A stretch of DNA of 64,000 nucleotides from contig CALHRZ010000005.1 in NCBI GenBank assembly GCA_938038445.1, forward strand, positions 81,792 to 145,791. The letters are read 5' to 3'. The translations under genes and the position numbers were made by a program. The notes under the pieces are model-generated. The model had not been told where the DNA came from. It ran no database searches and saw only the letters and a list, made by a program, of their open reading frames with translations. The stretch is from an uncultured bacterium (GTDB taxonomy: Bacteria > Verrucomicrobiota > Kiritimatiellia > CAIKKV01). How positions within the stretch are numbered: the first letter of the stretch is position 1; every line of letters starts with the position of its first letter. Positions 59,180 through 64,000 of this stretch are shown one piece after another.

Positions 59180-61177
59180 TTATGATCCCGCCAGCAGTTC
59201 TCTCGCCACCGCCGCAATCCGGTCGGCTGTAAACCCGTATTGCTCGGCCAACACCGGATAAGGCGCCGAGGCCCCAAAGTGGTCCAGCCCCACAATGCGC
59301 CCTTCGAGTCCCGTGTACTTCTGCCAACCCAAGGTGGACCCCGCTTCAATCGCCACCCGTTTCCGACATCCGGAAGGAAGCACGGCTTCTCGATAGCCTG
59401 ATGGTTGACGTTCGAAAAGTTCCCATGAGGGCATACTGACGACCCGGATGCGGCCGTGAGGGGCCAATTGACGCCCCGCCTCGAGCGCCAGATGAACCTC
59501 CGAACCGGTCGCCAGAAAAATGAGATCGGGTGTCTCTCCCGGCCGGTTCTCCCACAGGACATAGGCGCCCTTTTCAACCTCACCGGCAGGCGGGAATACC
59601 GACCGGTCAAGCACCGGGACGTTCTGGCGCGTCAGGAGGAGCGCCACCGGCCCTTCACGATGCTTCAGCGCCGCAATCCACGCCGCCCCCGTTTCCGTTG
59701 CATCCGCCGGCCGAATGGTGGTCATCCCCGGAATGAGGCGAAGCGTCATCGTCTGTTCGACCGGTTGATGGGTCGGCCCATCCTCCCCCACGTAAAAGCT
59801 GTCATGCGTGAAGACATAAATCACCGGCACCTTCATCAGCGCGGAAAGCCGGACCGCCGATTTGCAGTAATCGAGGAACGAAAAGAACGTGGCGCCAAAA
59901 ATGCGGAAACCGCCATGAAGCGCCACGCCGTTTAGAATGGCAGCCATTGCATGTTCCCGCACGCCAAAATGAAAGTTGACCCCTTCAAAAGCGTTCCGTG
60001 AAATGTCGCCCCCCCCCTCGATATAGGTCTTGGTGCTCGGCGCCAGATCGGCGGCACCGCCCACGAGAAACGGAACGGCTTTGCTCAGCTTCTGGAGAAT
60101 CGTGCCGGAGGCATTGCGTGTGGCAACCGGCTTGGCCGGATCAAAAACCGGCAGACGAGCGTCGAGATTGGAGGGAAGGCGTCCCGATTGAAAGACATCC
60201 CAGAGCTTTGCTTTCTCCGGATACTTCTCCCGATAGACTCGGAAGAGGTCCTTCCACCGGGCCAGCCGTTTGGCCATCTCCTCCGCCCGACGAGCGAAAA
60301 CCGCCCGCACCTCCTCGGGCACATAAAAAAACCGGTCCGGAGGAAGGCCCAACGCCGCTTTCGCAGCCGCCACTTCCTCCTCTCCCAGCGGTTCGCCGTG
60401 GCATTTGTGGCTGCCGGCCAGCTTGGGGGCGCCTTTTCCGATCACGGAGTGACAGATTATCAGAGTGGGCCGCTCCTTTTCCTTTTTCGCCTCCTCCAGC
60501 GTCTGATCCACCTGCGCCATGTCATGGGCATCGGTCTCGAGCACATTCCAACGATACGCCTCAAACCGCCGCCGGACGTCGTCGCTCCACGCAAGGTCGG
60601 TCTTCCCTTCGATCGTGATGTGATTGTCGTCATAAAGAAGAACCAGGTTGGAAAGACCAAGATGCCCTGCCAACGAAGCCGCCTCGTGCGATATGCCCTC
60701 CATGAGGCAGCCGTCCCCGCACAACGCATAGACCCGGTGCTCCACCAGGGTACAGTCGGATTCATTAAAACGAGCCTCCAGCATCTTTTCCGCAATGGCC
60801 ATACCGACCGCGTTGGCGATTCCCTGTCCCAAAGGACCTGTCGTCGTCTCGACGCCCGGAGTGTGCCCATATTCCGGATGGCCGGGCGTTTGACTTCCCC
60901 ACTGTCGAAACTGTTTCACCTCCTCGATCGGCAGGGCGTATCCGGCCAAATGGAGCATCCCGTAGAGCAGCATGGAACCGTGGCCGGCCGAAAGAACAAA
61001 CCGATCGCGATCCGGCCAGTCCGTCTCCACGGGGGAATAGTTCAGATGCTTCAGCCAAAGAACCGTCGCCACATCCGCCATCCCCATCGGCATTCCGGGA
61101 TGGCCGGATTTGGCCTTTTGAACCGCGTCCATGGCAAGGCCGCGCAACGTATTGGCCACTAAGCTGAATTCGTTCAT
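59180..61177 (-). CDS. tkt: transketolase
   Basis: SGHPG, GDGCLMEGIS and the TPP-binding and C-terminal transketolase motifs. AAGGAG RBS before the ATG at 61177. Confidence 0.9.
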   Translation of the reverse strand: MNEFSLVANTLRGLAMDAVQKAKSGHPGMPMGMADVATVLWLKHLNYSPVETDWPDRDRFVLSAGHGSMLLYGMLHLAGYALPIEEVKQFRQWGSQTPGHPEYGHTPGVETTTGPLGQGIANAVGMAIAEKMLEARFNESDCTLVEHRVYALCGDGCLMEGISHEAASLAGHLGLSNLVLLYDDNHITIEGKTDLAWSDDVRRRFEAYRWNVLETDAHDMAQVDQTLEEAKKEKERPTLIICHSVIGKGAPKLAGSHKCHGEPLGEEEVAAAKAALGLPPDRFFYVPEEVRAVFARRAEEMAKRLARWKDLFRVYREKYPEKAKLWDVFQSGRLPSNLDARLPVFDPAKPVATRNASGTILQKLSKAVPFLVGGAADLAPSTKTYIEGGGDISRNAFEGVNFHFGVREHAMAAILNGVALHGGFRIFGATFFSFLDYCKSAVRLSALMKVPVIYVFTHDSFYVGEDGPTHQPVEQTMTLRLIPGMTTIRPADATETGAAWIAALKHREGPVALLLTRQNVPVLDRSVFPPAGEVEKGAYVLWENRPGETPDLIFLATGSEVHLALEAGRQLAPHGRIRVVSMPSWELFERQPSGYREAVLPSGCRKRVAIEAGSTLGWQKYTGLEGRIVGLDHFGASAPYPVLAEQYGFTADRIAAVARELLAGS

Positions 61178-61728
61178 GCCAGACTCCTTCAAGGTGCTGT
61201 TCGAATGCCCTCAAGAATACGAAAATTGCGGCTTCTGTCGAGTATGTTTATGCCAACGGCATGGATACGGCGATCGCGAAGGGAGGAATGGGAAGAATGA
61301 CATCCGGATCGGCGTGTGCGGAGGTTAGGAAAATACGTGCGTGACCCTTCATTGGGGCGGCAGTTCATTTTCCTGTTCCACTGGGGGTCGCCCTCCTTTG
61401 GCTTCCCATTTCCGTTTCACTCGGCACCGGTGCGATGAATTCCCAACCAAGCCAAATTGTTTTTTCAAATTGAACAGTTTCCCCCCCAAAAAACTCGACA
61501 ACCGATTCCTTTTTATTCTCTGTCTCACACTTTCGAAAGTGTGAGACATCTGAAGCTGGAAACGACAATGCAAAAGAAAACAAGAAAAATCGAGGAAGAG
61601 GAATCGGCTTGCCATGGAAATGACGCCCCGTCCACCCCCTACTCGAAGAGAAAGGAGCAAGAGACGGAAAAAAGAACCCTGAACCCACAACAGCGCCAGC
61701 CGTACGACAAACAAATGATGACATATAC

Positions 61729-62934
61729 TCAGGCAGGAACTTCACTCAACAAAACCGGCCGCCGCTCAACCGCGGAACGAATTGCGGCAAAACAGACCCG
61801 CGTGGCCAGGATGGCGGAACCGACCCCGCAGGGAGACGAACCCTGACCGCGAACCTCCTCAAGAAACGCCTCCATAAGGCGCGAATGCCCCTTGTCCACC
61901 CCCACATCCAGGATCCGTTCGGGCCGCCCTTCCCGCATGCCTTGCTCCGCACACCACCGTCGCTTAGCCAGCCAACCCGCCAGTCCTCCTTCCTGGCCAA
62001 TTTCGGGACAGGGGTCACGCGCCAACGGCACAACGTGCCGCTCATTGACACGCCCCCCCAATCCGGCCGTCACAATCTCGACGAAATCATAAACCGCTAC
62101 CATCCCGCCATTTCCCATCATCTCGTAAAGCTCTTTCGGATAGCCCCATGATCCGTTGGCACACATCGTGATCGTCGCAAGCCCCCCTTGCCGATACCGC
62201 ACAATCACGGCATGATTCAACATGCCGGTTTCCAGGGCGATCACTTCGACGGGCTCTTCCGCCATCATCCAGTTGCAAATGTCGGTAAAATGGGACATCT
62301 CGAAAAGCATCGGTCCGTAAGGCGCCTGCGTTCCGTCAAAAACCCACTTCTTCCACGAGTGCCAATCGTCGTTAATCCGCAGGGCTATGGATGGCCTTCC
62401 GTCTTCCGCAAGCCTCGGCCGTTCCGCCCCTTCCCGATCCCAGCGCCAGGAACACGGCGCCGGCTGTTCCATGTGATGACGGAAAAGGCAGTGCGCCAAA
62501 AGAAGCGCCGGCGCCGCACGCCGATTGTGGCCGACGCAAAACGGAATACCTGCGGCCTCGACCACTCGCCGGATCCGGACCATTTCCTCCAGCGTTTGAG
62601 CGAGAGGCTTTTCGACATACACCGCCTTGCCAGCTTCCGCCGCCGCCGCTATGACCGGTTCTCGCAGTTTCTCGGTGGTCGCCAGGCAAATGCCCTCCAC
62701 CTCCGGATCCGCCACCACGTCCTCCCAGCGCGGGCAGGTTTTCAGAGGTCGAAACCGTTCGCGACAAAGGGCAAGCGCCGCCTCCGACACATCGCAACAC
62801 GTATGAAGAATCGCTTTCGACGATCGCGCCAGCATGGGAAGATGGGTTGCCTGCGCAAGGCTCCCACAGCCCACAACCGCCATACGAACCGGCTCAACGT
62901 TCAGCACGCGTTTCCCCTCAAGGTTGCTCGGCAA
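61729..62934 (-). CDS. Gfo/Idh/MocA family oxidoreductase
   Basis: MAVVGCGSLAQATH Rossmann and a VEKPLAQT (EKP) motif. The start is either TTG at 62934 or ATG at 62883. Confidence 0.75.
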   Translation of the reverse strand: MPSNLEGKRVLNVEPVRMAVVGCGSLAQATHLPMLARSSKAILHTCCDVSEAALALCRERFRPLKTCPRWEDVVADPEVEGICLATTEKLREPVIAAAAEAGKAVYVEKPLAQTLEEMVRIRRVVEAAGIPFCVGHNRRAAPALLLAHCLFRHHMEQPAPCSWRWDREGAERPRLAEDGRPSIALRINDDWHSWKKWVFDGTQAPYGPMLFEMSHFTDICNWMMAEEPVEVIALETGMLNHAVIVRYRQGGLATITMCANGSWGYPKELYEMMGNGGMVAVYDFVEIVTAGLGGRVNERHVVPLARDPCPEIGQEGGLAGWLAKRRWCAEQGMREGRPERILDVGVDKGHSRLMEAFLEEVRGQGSSPCGVGSAILATRVCFAAIRSAVERRPVLLSEVPA

Positions 62935-63751
62935 TCGTGGCCCCGCGCGGCGCGTCAGAAAGAGTCCACGTCCGATAACTCACTCTTCCCTCGCGATACA
63001 CGTAAATTCGAAACATCGGCTGCCGCCCCCAAAAACGGGCCAGCGGCGTCCCAACGAAAATCGGAATCTCCCCCTCCCAATGCAATTCGTCCCGATGGCT
63101 GTGCCCCGTAATGACCGCTTTAACACGCCCGCTGGTCTTCAATATCTTCACCCACCGCGCCGCAGCATCCGGTGGCCAGCTCGGCCACAGGGCATTGTTG
63201 TAATAACTCTCCGGCCACACACTATGATGAAAAACGAGCGCAGGCCGCCCTCCCGCCTCCTGCAATGCCCGGATGAGAAATCCCTCCGCGTCAAAGGACC
63301 GGTCCGCCGAACGACGAAACAACCCCTCCGTATAGACAAAAATCAATCGCACCCCTTCGTACTCCGCCGTCTGGCCGAAAGGACCGAAAGCATTCGTCCA
63401 AAGCGCCATGTCCCGTTCGGCGCTTTTTTCCAAAATATCATGGTTGCCCGCCAGCACATGGACCGGCGCCCGAATCCGCGCCAGCAGGGCGGTCGCCGCC
63501 GCGAACACCTCCGGTTTCCCGATCGTGTCGGCAAAAAGATCTCCTGTCACCACCACGCAAGCCAAAGGAAACGGGGCACGGTTGACCGCCTCAATCGCCT
63601 GTTCCAAAACATGCGCGTGATCGAGTACCCCGAGATGAACATCGGTGATTTGAGCAAAATAGAGCGGCCCCGTTTGGGCCACCGAGAGACTGCTTCTTAG
63701 ATACGTCGCCCAAAAAAGAATGAAAATAAACCGGCGGGTTCGATCGAACAT
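62918..63751 (-). CDS. calcineurin-like metallophosphoesterase
   Basis: GDLFAD, GNHD and GHSH metallophosphatase motifs. The start is set at the internal ATG (signal-like MFDRTRRFIFILFWATYL) to avoid a start-codon overlap with divergent mutY. Confidence 0.7.
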   Translation of the reverse strand: MFDRTRRFIFILFWATYLRSSLSVAQTGPLYFAQITDVHLGVLDHAHVLEQAIEAVNRAPFPLACVVVTGDLFADTIGKPEVFAAATALLARIRAPVHVLAGNHDILEKSAERDMALWTNAFGPFGQTAEYEGVRLIFVYTEGLFRRSADRSFDAEGFLIRALQEAGGRPALVFHHSVWPESYYNNALWPSWPPDAAARWVKILKTSGRVKAVITGHSHRDELHWEGEIPIFVGTPLARFWGRQPMFRIYVYREGRVSYRTWTLSDAPRGATIAEQP

Positions 63752-63833
63752 CGGACTGCTCTTCTCTTCTTTGTGATTATTTCGTTGAGGACTTCCCGCG
63801 TCAAGGCTGGGATGGTAGGATTTGTTTGAAACC

Positions 63834-64000
63834 ATGCAACCCCTTTCTCCGATTCCCTGGGTCGCTGCTCTCCTTGCCTGGTACTCGAAACACCGTCGCG
63901 CGTTGCCCTGGCGAAATCAGCCCACCCCTTACCGGGTCTGGATCAGTGAAGTTATGCTCCAACAGACCCAAGTGCCTACCGCAATCCCTTATTTCCGCCG
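63834..64000 (+). CDS. mutY: A/G-specific adenine glycosylase MutY (5' end only)
   Basis: [54 protein letters not shown] is the canonical MutY/Nth N-terminal HhH-GPD start. It runs off the window end. Confidence 0.75.
   Translation, partial: MQPLSPIPWVAALLAWYSKHRRALPWRNQPTPYRVWISEVMLQQTQVPTAIPYFR

Noticed and set aside
61457-61846. 129-aa Lys/Glu-rich plus-strand ORF
   Set aside because: Low-complexity, no RBS, overlaps the Gfo/Idh gene 3' end. It lies in a probably non-coding regulatory region.

Overview
This 64 kb window is high-GC (about 60%) bacterial chromosomal DNA. The gene content suggests a PVC-type glycan degrader, most likely Verrucomicrobia: multiple formylglycine-type sulfatases, four Gfo/Idh/MocA oxidoreductases, GH38, GH2, L-fucose isomerase, pectin-lyase-fold proteins and a PF12831-type FAD oxidoreductase. 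No mobile elements, CRISPR arrays or rRNA genes were found, and nearly all genes are on the minus strand.

Identified blocks, in order:
- A partial GH38 alpha-mannosidase running off the left edge (absent from the ORF track).
- A disrupted sulfatase.
- A LacI-family regulator and a Gfo/Idh oxidoreductase.
- tRNA-Gly(GCC) and tRNA-Lys(CTT), then a second sulfatase.
- prfA-prmC and rpmE.
- An amtB-glnK-outer-membrane-barrel nitrogen operon with a good sigma-54 promoter.
- A fucI locus with a fused HTH-EIIA(Ntr) regulator placed divergently to tRNA-Leu(TAG).
- A tandem NDK-like protein.
- A complete Pho supercluster: phoB-phoR, an OprO/P-like porin, a small winged-helix-like ORF, phoU and pstSCAB.
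- A WecA/MraY-family transferase divergent from a 1318-aa tri-modular beta-helix secreted protein.
- An ABC-ATPase/permease/GldG-like/DUF4340 cluster.
- A URO-D-like protein and a TMTC-like membrane TPR protein.
- A TPP-riboswitch-controlled thi4-thiE operon.
- A polysaccharide-utilisation-like cluster: ADH, Gfo/Idh, CBM9-like, beta-helix, Gfo/Idh, HIBADH, an Ogl-like gene with an in-frame TAA, and GH2.
- murA with the Cys-to-Asp active-site variant, tkt, another Gfo/Idh, a metallophosphoesterase, and the mutY 5' end.

Main observations from the hunt:
- Two distant perfect 24-bp palindromes share the half-site TCACACTT and sit in the two unusually long intergenic regions; they are candidate operators of one regulator.
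- A promoter-hairpin-terminator unit predicts a roughly 75-nt sRNA convergent with fucI.
- An A10/C6 homopolymer pair lies in the 5' end of a CxxCxGxG zinc-finger membrane protein.
- Two glycan genes are disrupted: one by a frameshift in a C5 run, one by an in-frame stop.

None of these is a clear new system. The candidates for an undescribed system are the tri-modular beta-helix/WecA/GldG-DUF4340 neighbourhood, the HTH-EIIA regulator at fucI, and the tandem NDK.
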